DNA of 64,000 bases from Rickettsiales bacterium. Lineage in GTDB: Bacteria > Pseudomonadota > Alphaproteobacteria > Rickettsiales > UBA998. The notes beneath the pieces are model-generated. The model was not told where the DNA came from. It ran no database searches and saw nothing but the letters and a program-made list of their open reading frames with translations. Positions 50,808-60,810 of the stretch are shown one piece after another. The stretch is from the NCBI GenBank assembly GCA_036770365.1, contig DAIPJH010000003.1, forward strand, positions 7,250 through 71,249, in the 5' to 3' direction. Made by a program: the position numbers and the translations under genes. How positions within the stretch are numbered: the first letter of the stretch is position 1; each line of letters starts with the position of its first letter.

Positions 50808-52769
50808 CTATTTCGTCTTAAAGAACGAAGTGAGATGTTTAAGCTGAATGACTTGGTCCAGCAACGAACGTGCTGCACCTGAATTTTCTTCCACCATCGC
50901 TGCATTTTGCTGGGTAGATTCATCCATATCACTCACGGCTGATTTAATTTCAGCAATACTATTTTCTTGTTCCTTACTAGAAGCGGCAATGTCTGCAATA
51001 ATTTGATCCGTATCACTCACCGATCCAACAATACGCTCAATAATTTCTCCTGCCTTCTTCGCAAGGTTAGTCCCAGTAAGTACTTTATCCATACTCACCT
51101 GAATCAAATTACGAATTTCTTTGGAAGCCGAAGCAGACCGCCCAGCAAGCGCACGTACCTCTGAAGCCACCACGGCAAAACCTTTACCTGCTTCGCCCGC
51201 ACGCGCAGCTTCCACTGCCGCATTCAAAGCGAGTAAATTAGTTTGGAAGGCAATTTCATCAATCACACTCACAATCTCCGCTACTTTACGCGAAGAATGA
51301 TTAATATCCTCAATCGAATGCACAACCTCAAGTACGGCCAATTTACCCTCATCTGCAACATGCGATGCCTGCTTAGATAAACCGCTCGCTCTTAACGCCC
51401 CATCCGCATTTTTATGAACCATCACAAACAAGGCGTCCATCTCGGAGGATGTCTCCTCCAAAGACGATGCCTGCATTTCTGTACGACGCGCTAAATCATC
51501 ACTTGCCGCAGTAATTTCGGAAGACGCATTATTAATAGATTCTGCCGCTGATCCCACTTGTTGTAACATCCCATGTAAACGTTCGATCGTACTGTTGAGT
51601 GCCACTTGAATATCATGAAATGTACCCCGATAATCTCCCTGCATACGCTGGGTTAAGTTACCTTCAGCAAGCTGACTAATCACATGGCGCGTTGCTTCCA
51701 TACTACGTTCACACACCTCGCCAATACGATTCATGCCTTCACACAACATCAGCAGGAGACCTTCACGACCAGATATACTCAACCGCTTAGAGAAATCACC
51801 CGCGGCACATGCATCAATCACACCTGAAACCTCGTGAGCAATACGCTGCTCCTGTGCTAAAATAGCCCTCTTCTGCTCTTGCTCTGCATGCGCAGCTTGT
51901 TCTTTCTGCTCTGCTTCCAACTGACGTGCCACCTGCAATTTTTGTTTCGTTGCTGATAACACTTTTGCTGCTGCACCAAATTCATGCTGGGCATGAACAT
52001 CGAGATGCATCACACCATCAATACGACCTTGTTCAATGTCTTTCAAATCAGCTTCCAACCCACCAAAAAGGCTTCCCACCCTACGAATAAGACGCAATGC
52101 TACGACCAAAGAAATAACTAAGGTCCCCACGACAACAGCTAAAATCATTAACATCATGCTTTTATTCGCTGCAAGAATATCACCAATACTCTTATTCGCA
52201 TTTTCAGACTTTTTAGTGATAGATGCCTCCACAATACCAACAAAAGCCTCACTTTGATCGGCAATCTTTTCTGCCACACCATCAAACTCGCTCATAAGCT
52301 TATTACCGCCTTGAGGACCTTCAGCAACATAAGCATGCGCCATTTTTTGACCCGTGGCATAATAAGGAATAAAACTTTCTTGCATCGTTTTTAAACGTGC
52401 CACTAAATCTGTGTAGCCAGCCTGCTGCGCTAATTCCAAAGCAGCTTTTGAATCAGTATCAAACGCAACTGCAAATTCAGCGGCTTTATCAAAGCCATCA
52501 TCAAGACCATCCTGCCCACGTGTTGCAGAAACATCAGTTAAAAATTGCTGCACTTGAATCACATCCGCACGAATATTTTTTGCAAGAATCAGCAGTCTGG
52601 TATCCGTTCTAGTGATGGTCGCTAAATCCGACTTAAATGTTTCTAACTTTGGACGTTGCGCATAAAGCCCCACAACACCAAAACCACCCACAACCAGTAA
52701 CGCCGCGCCCAACAAAAGCAACACAACCGCTATTTTCTGACGAATTGACCCCCTGCTTGCACGACTCAT
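50808..52769 (-). CDS. Methyl-accepting chemotaxis protein (2 TM, periplasmic helical sensor, HAMP, MA domain)
   Basis: Highly conserved hairpin-tip region IDEIAFQTNLLALNAAVEAARAGEAGKGFAVVASEVRALAGRSA. Confidence 0.9.
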   Translation of the reverse strand: MSRASRGSIRQKIAVVLLLLGAALLVVGGFGVVGLYAQRPKLETFKSDLATITRTDTRLLILAKNIRADVIQVQQFLTDVSATRGQDGLDDGFDKAAEFAVAFDTDSKAALELAQQAGYTDLVARLKTMQESFIPYYATGQKMAHAYVAEGPQGGNKLMSEFDGVAEKIADQSEAFVGIVEASITKKSENANKSIGDILAANKSMMLMILAVVVGTLVISLVVALRLIRRVGSLFGGLEADLKDIEQGRIDGVMHLDVHAQHEFGAAAKVLSATKQKLQVARQLEAEQKEQAAHAEQEQKRAILAQEQRIAHEVSGVIDACAAGDFSKRLSISGREGLLLMLCEGMNRIGEVCERSMEATRHVISQLAEGNLTQRMQGDYRGTFHDIQVALNSTIERLHGMLQQVGSAAESINNASSEITAASDDLARRTEMQASSLEETSSEMDALFVMVHKNADGALRASGLSKQASHVADEGKLAVLEVVHSIEDINHSSRKVAEIVSVIDEIAFQTNLLALNAAVEAARAGEAGKGFAVVASEVRALAGRSASASKEIRNLIQVSMDKVLTGTNLAKKAGEIIERIVGSVSDTDQIIADIAASSKEQENSIAEIKSAVSDMDESTQQNAAMVEENSGAARSLLDQVIQLKHLTSFFKTK

Positions 52770-52929
52770 AGCAAAACCCTACCTCTAATGAATATTATTA
52801 CATACCTGAGTAATAGACTGAGCATATCAAAGTACAGACGAATAAAATACGAGTATTCCTCATATTTTATTTTAAAAAAGGAACATTGATTTCTTAGCAA
52901 CAGTTTTAACGCATATCTGCACGCCCTAC

Positions 52930-53403
52930 TTAATCTCGATGATAGGGATGCCCTGTCGAAATCGCATAAGATCGATAAAGCTGCTCTGCAACCATCGTTC
53001 GCACAAGGAGATGTGGCCACGTCATCTGCCCAAAAGATAAAATTTTATCACACGCAGTCAACACGGATTTATCCAACCCTGCATGCCCGCCAATAATCCA
53101 CGCCATTTTGTTCACCGCCTCCTCATCACGCCACCTCCCAAGCAACCCTGCCAACTCACGACTCGCCATTGTCTGCCCACGTTCATCGAGCGCAATACGC
53201 TTATGCGCACCAAAACTCGTACATGCTACAAGTATCTTTTCCGCCTCTTCAGCTTTTTGGCGCACAGTGTCTTCACGCTCTTTCACCTCCAGCTCACGCA
53301 ACTGCACCTTCCACGGCAACCGCCGTACATACTCCTCATACAGTGACTTTTCCGCCGAGGCTTTCCACTTTCCCACCGTCACTAGCAAAATTTCCACAAT
53401 CAT
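52930..53403 (-). CDS. rlmH: 23S rRNA (pseudouridine1915-N3)-methyltransferase RlmH
   Basis: 157-aa SPOUT protein. IGGHAGL, LSFG.MTWPH.L.R....EQLYR and HPYHR ending. Confidence 0.93.
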   Translation of the reverse strand: MIVEILLVTVGKWKASAEKSLYEEYVRRLPWKVQLRELEVKEREDTVRQKAEEAEKILVACTSFGAHKRIALDERGQTMASRELAGLLGRWRDEEAVNKMAWIIGGHAGLDKSVLTACDKILSFGQMTWPHLLVRTMVAEQLYRSYAISTGHPYHRD

Positions 53404-53430
53404 ACCCTATTCTTGCTTGCGCATTTGAAA

Positions 53431-53449
53431 AATGCTATATTATATCATT
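53431..53449. promoter_or_regulatory. Zur box (19-bp near-palindrome) in front of zur-znuCB
   Basis: In AATGCTATATTATATCATT, 8 of 9 half-site positions are self-complementary. It is very close to the proteobacterial Zur consensus core AATGTTATAwTATAACATT. It ends 15 nt upstream of the zur ATG. Confidence 0.65.
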
Positions 53450-53464
53450 ACAAAGGAAAACACG

Positions 53465-53935
53465 ATGCTCTCCCACCATGACCATCATCATTGTATTACA
53501 GACGCCATCACGCAAGCAAAAACGCTGTGCGAAGCGAATGGACTTCGTTTTACAGGGCTGCGCCAACGCGTCTTAGAATTAATCTGGAAACAACACCGTC
53601 CCATCAAAGCCTATGATTTGCTTGATAGGCTGAAACTTGAAGATGCCGCTGCTAAACCCCCAACCATTTATCGCACCCTCGATTTCTTATTAGAACATGG
53701 TCTAATTCACCGTATCAATCGCTTGAACGCTTTCATTGGATGTACCCATCCGAACCAACATCAAAGCTGCTATTTTATGATCTGTTCACAATGCGCTGAG
53801 GTTGAGGAATGCTGCACCCCAGCCCTCGAAGCCACCCTTAAATCTGCTGCCGCGACCCGCCATTTCACTCCACAAAACATCAGCGTAGAAATCGAAGGCA
53901 TCTGTGCATCATGCCAAGCGAGCAACCCATCATGA
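53465..53935 (+). CDS. zur: Fur-family zinc uptake regulator Zur
   Basis: Winged-helix block (KPPTIYRTLDFL) and the CxxC pairs CSQC and CASC. N-terminal HHDHHHC. Followed by znuCB. Start set at 53465 because the ORF-track ATG at 53432 lies inside the operator. Confidence 0.8.
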   Translation: MLSHHDHHHCITDAITQAKTLCEANGLRFTGLRQRVLELIWKQHRPIKAYDLLDRLKLEDAAAKPPTIYRTLDFLLEHGLIHRINRLNAFIGCTHPNQHQSCYFMICSQCAEVEECCTPALEATLKSAAATRHFTPQNISVEIEGICASCQASNPS

Positions 53936-54720
53936 GCTTGCTACGTGCCGACAATATCCATGTGATACGCCGCAACCGCACCATTTTGCGTGATGTTTCT
54001 CTTGCCATCGAACCCAATGATTTTATTACAATTATTGGTCCAAATGGCGCAGGAAAATCTACCCTTTTACAATGTTTGATGGGTTTCTTCCCACCAGATT
54101 CAGGCACGATCACCCGCGCAGAACATACTCGCATTGGCTACGTTCCCCAAAACATCACCAAAGAAGTCACCATACCCATCACCGCAAAACGGTTTCTGAC
54201 GCTCGGTCAATACCACCGCGCACCCGATTTTGTATCCTTTTTTGATCGCATCTGCCAAGAAACAGGCGTTACTCCACTTCTCGCCCGTAGCCTACATGTA
54301 CTCTCGGGTGGAGAAATGCAACGCGTCCTACTCGCCCGCGCCTTACTACGTGCGCCAAACCTACTAATCCTAGATGAACCCGCACAAAACCTTGATATCA
54401 CGAGTCAAATCGCGTTCTACAAACTGCTTGAGACCATCTATACTGAACATGGCATCAGCATCCTGATGGTTTCGCATGACCTACACCTCGTCATGGCATC
54501 AACCCGTAAAGTCATCTGCCTTTATCACCATATCTGCTGCTCTGGTGAACCACACCTTGTCACACAAGACCCTGAATTCTCAAAACTCTTCGGGCAAGAC
54601 ATCACCAATATGATGGCGATTTATCACCATCAACATAACCACCAGCATGACCATACCCACCACGCAGACCATCTTTGCAACCACGATCACTCCCTCCACG
54701 ACCACCCTGAAAGCATCTAA
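53932..54720 (+). CDS. znuC: Zinc ABC transporter ATP-binding protein ZnuC with a His-rich tail
   Basis: GPNGAGKSTLL and LSGGEMQRVLLARAL. His-rich C-terminus HHQHNHQHDHTHHADH. The ATGA overlap with the zur stop favours 53932; the alternative in-frame ATG is at 53911. Confidence 0.85.
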   Translation: MSLLRADNIHVIRRNRTILRDVSLAIEPNDFITIIGPNGAGKSTLLQCLMGFFPPDSGTITRAEHTRIGYVPQNITKEVTIPITAKRFLTLGQYHRAPDFVSFFDRICQETGVTPLLARSLHVLSGGEMQRVLLARALLRAPNLLILDEPAQNLDITSQIAFYKLLETIYTEHGISILMVSHDLHLVMASTRKVICLYHHICCSGEPHLVTQDPEFSKLFGQDITNMMAIYHHQHNHQHDHTHHADHLCNHDHSLHDHPESI

Positions 54721-54722
54721 AT

Positions 54723-55550
54723 ATGGAAAGCTTTTTAATCAATGCAATACTCGCAGGTATAGGCGTCGCACTCGTTGTAGGGCCACTTGGCTGTTTTGTC
54801 GTATGGCGTAAAATGTCTTACTTTGGTGATTCGCTTGCCCATAGCGCGCTTCTAGGTATTGCACTTGGTTTGGCATCAGGTATCGGCGCGACATGGGGAA
54901 CACTCCTCATTTGCTTACTCTTTGCTGCGTTGCTCGTTTTTTTACAAAGCAAAAAAATTCTCGCCACGGACACCCTACTCGGCATCCTTGCTCACGCCGC
55001 GCTTTCTATTGGGATTATCACCATGAGCTTACTAGGAAATCCACGTTTTGACCTCTATGCTTACCTTTTTGGCGACATCCTTACCGTCACAAAAGATGAA
55101 CTTCTGTGGATATATAGTGGGGGCGCAGTAGTGCTTGCGATCTTAATTCGCTACTGGTCGGAACTGGTATTGGTCACACTGCAGGAAGAAATCGCTCGTG
55201 CAGAGGGCATTAAACACACTACAGGACAATTTTTGTTAATTGTCATGATGACTATCGTCGTCGCCATCGCCATTCGTATTGTGGGTATCTTACTGATCAC
55301 ATCCATGTTGATTATTCCAGCCGCTACAGCCCGCCATATTGCACGCTCACCCGAAGCAATGGCAGTCTACGCATCCCTACTTGGCGTCAGCAGCGTTATA
55401 CTTGGTACATACCTATCTTTGCATTTTGACACGCCTTCTGGACCAACAATTGTAGCGACAGCAGCACTGTGCTTTATGCTTATTCTACCACTTGCCACCC
55501 TTACACAGTACATGAACAAACGTTCAGCATCATCACCCTTGAAATCATAG
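54723..55550 (+). CDS. znuB: Zinc ABC transporter permease ZnuB
   Basis: 275-aa ABC-3 family permease (GDSLAHSALLG, IIPAATAR). Confidence 0.85.
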   Translation: MESFLINAILAGIGVALVVGPLGCFVVWRKMSYFGDSLAHSALLGIALGLASGIGATWGTLLICLLFAALLVFLQSKKILATDTLLGILAHAALSIGIITMSLLGNPRFDLYAYLFGDILTVTKDELLWIYSGGAVVLAILIRYWSELVLVTLQEEIARAEGIKHTTGQFLLIVMMTIVVAIAIRIVGILLITSMLIIPAATARHIARSPEAMAVYASLLGVSSVILGTYLSLHFDTPSGPTIVATAALCFMLILPLATLTQYMNKRSASSPLKS

Positions 55551-55587
55551 GGGCTTGCTTTATGATACGAAAGAATGGGAGACACAT

Positions 55588-56271
55588 ATGATTACCAAAC
55601 ACACACTCAGCAATTACGATCGCAAAATCCATGACTTGCATGAAAGCATCTTAGAGATGGGCGAGCGCGTCAAGGAATCGCTATTGCTCACCAACAAAAC
55701 CATCACGGTACGTAGTGAAGAGATCTATCAAGAGGTTCGTGCCAATGACAAAAATGTTAACGCATTGAACGATCGTATAGAACAACAGGTCACAGAAGCC
55801 CTTGCCTTAATGAATCCAATGGCGGTCGATTTACGCCTTATCACCTCGGCACTCAAAGTTTCAATGGCTCTAGAACGTGCAGGTGATCTTGCAAAAAGCA
55901 CGGCGCGCAAGCTTGCGCGTTTGGAAATGGATGTCCCTGCGGATGTATCATCCATTCTAGAAAATCTCATTACCATCAATATCAATATGATGGATGCTGC
56001 CCTCGACGCAGTACGCACAAGCAATGCAGACAAAGCGACCGCTGTATGGAAAAGTGATGATGAGGCCGATGCTCAATGCCGCCTCGCCTTTGATTTACTA
56101 CGTGACCGTATGATAAAAGATCCTCAGAACGCGCCACATCTGGTTGATATCATGTTTGCCGCTAAAAACCTTGAACGTATTGCAGACTATGCAACTAACT
56201 TGGCAAAAACTGTCCATTACGTCATCACGGGCGAGAAACCCAAAAAATCGCTCTTGCTTGCAAATGATTAA
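55588..56271 (+). CDS. phoU: Phosphate signalling complex protein PhoU
   Basis: Two PhoU repeats with E(R/N)..D motifs (ALERAGDLAKS, NLERIADYATN). Start set at the ATG at 55588, which is preceded by GGGAGA. Confidence 0.9.
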   Translation: MITKHTLSNYDRKIHDLHESILEMGERVKESLLLTNKTITVRSEEIYQEVRANDKNVNALNDRIEQQVTEALALMNPMAVDLRLITSALKVSMALERAGDLAKSTARKLARLEMDVPADVSSILENLITININMMDAALDAVRTSNADKATAVWKSDDEADAQCRLAFDLLRDRMIKDPQNAPHLVDIMFAAKNLERIADYATNLAKTVHYVITGEKPKKSLLLAND

Positions 56272-56313
56272 CACGGCATAAAAGCGCAACATCCACATGC
56301 GAAGAGTTTACCT

Positions 56314-57855
56314 ATGATCAAACTACCACGCCCTGTAATGTTGGTAATTATGGACGGTTGGGGACATCGTGAAAACCCTGAGAATAATGCCATTTTCCAT
56401 GCAAACACCCCCGTCTGGAATGATCTGTGGACGCATTACCCACGCGCCTTGATCGATGCCTCTGAAGGTGAAGTGGGACTTCCCGCTGGACAAATGGGCA
56501 ATTCTGAAGTTGGACACATGAATATTGGCGCGGGACGCATCATCATGCAAGACCTTCCGCGCATTGATACCGCCCTTACGGATGGCTCACTCGCAAATAA
56601 TCCTAAAATCCAACAGATGATTGTAACGCTCAAAGCCTCTGGCGGCACAGCCCATCTGATGGGACTACTCTCAGATGGTGGTGTACACGCTCACAACATA
56701 CATCTCCTAGGTATTGCCAAAATATTCTCTAATGCAGGCATTTCAGTTGCGCTACATGCTTTTCTTGATGGGCGAGATACCCCACCGAAAAGCGCAGCCA
56801 ATTTTATACAAGCATGGCAAAACGCCACGGCATCGTACAAGAACATCAAATTTACTTCCATGTGTGGACGCTATTTTGCAATGGACAGAGATAAACGCTG
56901 GGATCGTGTTGAACGTGCGTTCAATATGATTGCTCTCGGCAAAGGTATCACGGATGACGATGCTCTTGATGCGCTGCAAAAACAGTATATTCATGGCAAA
57001 ACGGATGAGTTCATCGAACCTGTGATTTTTGGTAATTATACAGGCATGAAGCCAGAAGATGCGCTTATCATGTGCAACTTCCGCGCAGACCGCGCCCGTG
57101 AGATACTTCACGCCTTTGTGGATACTGAATTTACACATTTTGAACGCTCGTTCAAACCACAATTATTTGGGGGCATCATAGGGATGACCGAATATTCTTC
57201 AGCACTAAACCCTTTCGTCCCTGCATTATTCCCTCAAGAAACCATCAAAAATACACTTGGAGAAGTCCTTGCGCAACGTCACATGCGTCAACTGCGCATT
57301 GCTGAAACTGAAAAATATGCACATGTCACCTTCTTCTTTAACGGTGGCGTTGAAACGCCCTATGCAGGAGAAGATCGTGTTTTAATACCTTCACCCAATG
57401 TCGCAACCTATGACTTACAACCAGAAATGTCTGCTCCAGAAGTCACGGATAAACTGGTTGAAGCGATTACGGCGAACACCTACGATCTCATCGTTGTCAA
57501 TTATGCAAACACCGATATGGTAGGACATACAGGTGATATGAACGCCGCCATTAAAGCCGTAGAGGCGGTGGATCATGCTCTAGGTCGCCTCAAAGACGCC
57601 CTCGACAAAACTGGCGGTGTTATGATTATCACGGCGGATCATGGCAATGCAGAAATGATGTATGATCACGAAACGCTACAAGCACATACCGCACATACAC
57701 TTGAAAAAGTTCCCGCAGTTCTCTATGGCAAAGATTATCGTGACAGCACCGTACAACTACGCAACGGTCGTCTCGCCGATCTTGCCCCCACCCTGCTCAA
57801 GCTGATGTCTGTACCTCAGCCTATAGAAATGACAGGGAAATCGTTAATTGTATGA
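56314..57855 (+). CDS. gpmI: 2,3-bisphosphoglycerate-independent phosphoglycerate mutase
   Basis: LVIMDGWG, MGNSEVGH, GLLSDGGVH and ADHGNAE. Confidence 0.95.
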   Translation: MIKLPRPVMLVIMDGWGHRENPENNAIFHANTPVWNDLWTHYPRALIDASEGEVGLPAGQMGNSEVGHMNIGAGRIIMQDLPRIDTALTDGSLANNPKIQQMIVTLKASGGTAHLMGLLSDGGVHAHNIHLLGIAKIFSNAGISVALHAFLDGRDTPPKSAANFIQAWQNATASYKNIKFTSMCGRYFAMDRDKRWDRVERAFNMIALGKGITDDDALDALQKQYIHGKTDEFIEPVIFGNYTGMKPEDALIMCNFRADRAREILHAFVDTEFTHFERSFKPQLFGGIIGMTEYSSALNPFVPALFPQETIKNTLGEVLAQRHMRQLRIAETEKYAHVTFFFNGGVETPYAGEDRVLIPSPNVATYDLQPEMSAPEVTDKLVEAITANTYDLIVVNYANTDMVGHTGDMNAAIKAVEAVDHALGRLKDALDKTGGVMIITADHGNAEMMYDHETLQAHTAHTLEKVPAVLYGKDYRDSTVQLRNGRLADLAPTLLKLMSVPQPIEMTGKSLIV

Positions 57856-59183
57856 TAAGCACAATAGACCGCGCCCTCTCTCACCGTATTATGGTTTTTG
57901 CCATAAGCGTCTACGCACTCTTTTTCCCATCTAACTCCGTTTTTGCACAATCTATTCCCACTTCCAACATCGAAAAACTCAGCCTTGATGACCACAAAGA
58001 AACCTTGAAGAAAACCAAAGATGACCTCTCCCATTCACAATCCAAACAAAAAGATCTCGCACAAAATTTAGATAAAACCCAAAAAGAATTAGAAAACATT
58101 ACTGCCGAGACCCAAAAGATTGCCAGCCGAATCCAAGAAGGTGAAGCCAAACTTACTGAACTGGAAGAACAACTTTCAATGCTTGCGGTTCAAAAAACCG
58201 AAAAAGAAATCGCACTACGCAAACGCGGCAAAGAACTCTCTGGCATGGTCGGCGCAATGATTCGTCTAGGACGTGCGCCAGAAGAAGCTGTACTCGTCAT
58301 GCCTCAAGGTATCGCAGGCAAGATCCAAGCAAGCCGCGCACTCGGCATGATGTCAGAATCAATGCGTGAACAAATGGAGGCCATGAGCCGACAAGTCGCT
58401 GAACTACAAGCACTTGAACAACAGATTCTTACCAATCAAACTAATACAAAGAACCAACAAGCCTCGCTACTTAAACGCCGCGAAAAACTTGACTTGGCAA
58501 TCAAACAACGCCAAGCATTGCTACAAACCCTTCAGGGTGAAACCCTCAAAGAACAACAGAACATTGCCAATCTTTCAAAGAAATCAAAATCCCTTGAATT
58601 ACTGATTAGCAAACTGGAAGAAGAGCGCGAAAAGCTACGCCTTCGTCAGATGGAAGAAACACAAAAAGCACAAAAAACCAAGAAAAAACTACCTCCACAA
58701 ACAAAACAAGACACCACATCAACCACCCCCACTTCTCAAGCACATAACATCGTTCGCAACCATGAAAACGATGATGATACCAGCCTCAACCAAGGCAGCA
58801 TGAAGCTCCCCGTTGCGGGTCGCATAACAGGACGCTATGGTCAAAAACGAGGCGTCAATGACACCCTCAAAGGCATCCAGATCATGACCCGCGACAATGC
58901 ACAAGTCACTGCTCCTGCGGCAGGAGCAGTCTTATTCACAGGCCCGTTTATGGAATATGGTAAAGTGGTCATCATTCGCCACAACAGTCGTCACCACACA
59001 CTGCTTGCTGGATTAGGAGCAATACGGTGTGCTACAGGACAACAGGTTCAAGCAGGCGAGCCAATTGGGACAATGGGCAGCGACGAGAAAAACAAACAAC
59101 TTTATGTCGAACTACGCAGCAATGGAACACCTGTCGATCCAATTCCATGGCTACAATCAGGGAGTACTATCGCAAAAAAATAA
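57852..59183 (+). CDS. EnvC-like murein hydrolase activator (coiled coil plus C-terminal M23/LytM domain)
   Basis: Signal peptide, a long Q/E/K-rich coiled coil, and a C-terminal LytM domain (GKVVIIRHNSRHHTLLAGL, LYVELR.NG.PVDP). Conserved position before ctpA. Confidence 0.85.
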   Translation: MISTIDRALSHRIMVFAISVYALFFPSNSVFAQSIPTSNIEKLSLDDHKETLKKTKDDLSHSQSKQKDLAQNLDKTQKELENITAETQKIASRIQEGEAKLTELEEQLSMLAVQKTEKEIALRKRGKELSGMVGAMIRLGRAPEEAVLVMPQGIAGKIQASRALGMMSESMREQMEAMSRQVAELQALEQQILTNQTNTKNQQASLLKRREKLDLAIKQRQALLQTLQGETLKEQQNIANLSKKSKSLELLISKLEEEREKLRLRQMEETQKAQKTKKKLPPQTKQDTTSTTPTSQAHNIVRNHENDDDTSLNQGSMKLPVAGRITGRYGQKRGVNDTLKGIQIMTRDNAQVTAPAAGAVLFTGPFMEYGKVVIIRHNSRHHTLLAGLGAIRCATGQQVQAGEPIGTMGSDEKNKQLYVELRSNGTPVDPIPWLQSGSTIAKK

Positions 59184-59193
59184 CACATACACA

Positions 59194-59320
59194 TATAGCA
59201 CTTTAACTTTACAATTTCCCCTTCTTAAGGGAATCATACAGTTTGTAGTACTATAAATCATAGAGTTATAGTCGTTTAACTTCCTATGAAATGTGTAATT
59301 ATTAAGTTAAACGACTATAA
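59194..59320 (+). repeat. Copy C of the structured intergenic repeat of about 130 bp
   Basis: TAGCACTTTAACTTTACAATTTCCC...GGGAATCATACAGTTTGTAGTACTA, then TATAGTCGTTTAAC (59267-59280), 25 nt, and GTTAAACGACTATA (59306-59319), a perfect 14-bp inverted repeat. Confidence 0.8.
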
Positions 59321-59395
59321 AATAAAATTTCAATCATTGACAGAATGATACACTTCATGATGATAAGTGTACTTCACAGATAGGAAAGTATCGCT

Positions 59396-60799
59396 ATGTT
59401 AAAACGCTGGATGTTGCTCACCGTCACTGCACTCCCTCTTATTACCGCCTGTGCGAATGCTGTTCACGCTAAAGACACTGCGCCAGCACCCGCCGCGGCG
59501 ACAACAAACAAAGAAAGTACTTACGAGTTACTGAATCTTTTTGGCGACGTATTTGAACGCGTCAAACAAGATTATGTTGAAGAGGTTACCGACAAACAAT
59601 TGGTTGAATCCGCAATCAATGGCATGCTCGCTGCACTTGACCCACATTCGGGCTATCTCGATGATAAAAGTTTCAAAGAAATGCAAGTCCAAACCAAAGG
59701 TGAATTTGGCGGACTTGGCATTGAAGTCACCATGGAAAATGGACTTGTTAAGGTGGTTTCTCCTATCGATGATACCCCCGCCTTCCGCGCAGGCGTGAAA
59801 GCAGGTGATTTTATTAGCCAAATTGATGGTGAACCCGTAATGGGACTGACCCTCTCTGATGCAGTGGAAAAGATGCGCGGCAAGGTTGGAACAAAGATTA
59901 AGGTGACCGTACTGCGTGAAGGGCTTTCTGAACCGCTTGATATTACGATGACCCGCGACGTCATTCGCATTCAATCCATTCGTTCTCACGCGGAAGACGA
60001 CGTTGGTTATGTCCGCATCACCTCGTTCTCTGAGCAAACCTTTGAAGGACTTGAAGCCGCAGTCGCAAAACTTAAAAAAGATATCCCGAACATGAAGGGT
60101 CTCGTACTTGATCTACGTAACAACCCTGGTGGTCTACTTGATCAGGCAATTGCCGTTTCCGATGCTTTCTTAGAAAAAGGTGAAATTGTTTCTACCCGTG
60201 ATCGCAATCCTGCAAATACCAAACGCTTTAGTGCAACAGCAGGTGACCTCATCAACGGACTACCTATTGTTATCCTCATTAATAATGGCTCTGCTTCTGC
60301 TTCTGAAATCGTCTCTGGCGCACTGCAAGATCAAAAACGTGCAATTATTTTAGGAACAAAATCCTTTGGTAAAGGTTCAGTACAGACCGTGATCCCTCTT
60401 AAAGACCACGGTGCGATCAAACTCACTACAGCGCGCTATTACACTCCATCAGGCCGCTCTATTCAAGCCAAAGGGATTGAACCAGATATCAAGGTAGAGG
60501 CAGCCAAACTCGTTGCTGCAAGTAATGGGCTAGACCGTTCCGAAGCAGATCTTCGTGGTCGCCTTGCAGGTGACGATGAAAAAACGCAAGCACAAAAACA
60601 AAAAGATGCTGAAGACAAAGCCGCAACCGAGGCAGAAAGAACCAAGGACAGCGACAAGGATAAAGATAAAGACAAATCCAAAGGTAAAGATGGCAAAGAT
60701 GCCTCACGTGAGCCAACAGGAAAAGAAGATTTCCAATTGGCGCGCGCACTCGACCTTATCCGCGGTCTCTCCATCTACAGCAACCTTAAAGAAAAATAA
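59396..60799 (+). CDS. ctpA: Carboxy-terminal processing protease (S41)
   Basis: PDZ segment (GDFISQIDG) and S41 catalytic blocks LDLRNNPGG, NNGSASASEI and TKSFGKGSVQ. Asp/Lys-rich tail. Confidence 0.93.
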   Translation: MLKRWMLLTVTALPLITACANAVHAKDTAPAPAAATTNKESTYELLNLFGDVFERVKQDYVEEVTDKQLVESAINGMLAALDPHSGYLDDKSFKEMQVQTKGEFGGLGIEVTMENGLVKVVSPIDDTPAFRAGVKAGDFISQIDGEPVMGLTLSDAVEKMRGKVGTKIKVTVLREGLSEPLDITMTRDVIRIQSIRSHAEDDVGYVRITSFSEQTFEGLEAAVAKLKKDIPNMKGLVLDLRNNPGGLLDQAIAVSDAFLEKGEIVSTRDRNPANTKRFSATAGDLINGLPIVILINNGSASASEIVSGALQDQKRAIILGTKSFGKGSVQTVIPLKDHGAIKLTTARYYTPSGRSIQAKGIEPDIKVEAAKLVAASNGLDRSEADLRGRLAGDDEKTQAQKQKDAEDKAATEAERTKDSDKDKDKDKSKGKDGKDASREPTGKEDFQLARALDLIRGLSIYSNLKEK

Positions 60800-60810
60800 G
60801 GATTCACGTT

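Noticed and set aside
52766-53020. 84-aa ORF between the MCP gene and rlmH
   Set aside because: It overlaps the 3' end of rlmH in another frame and otherwise covers the AT-rich MCP promoter region. It has no motifs and an odd composition.
59337-59365. TTGACA-containing candidate promoter for ctpA
   Set aside because: The -35 hexamer is perfect, but no acceptable -10 hexamer sits at 16-18 nt (ATGATA or TGATAA). It is too weak to list.
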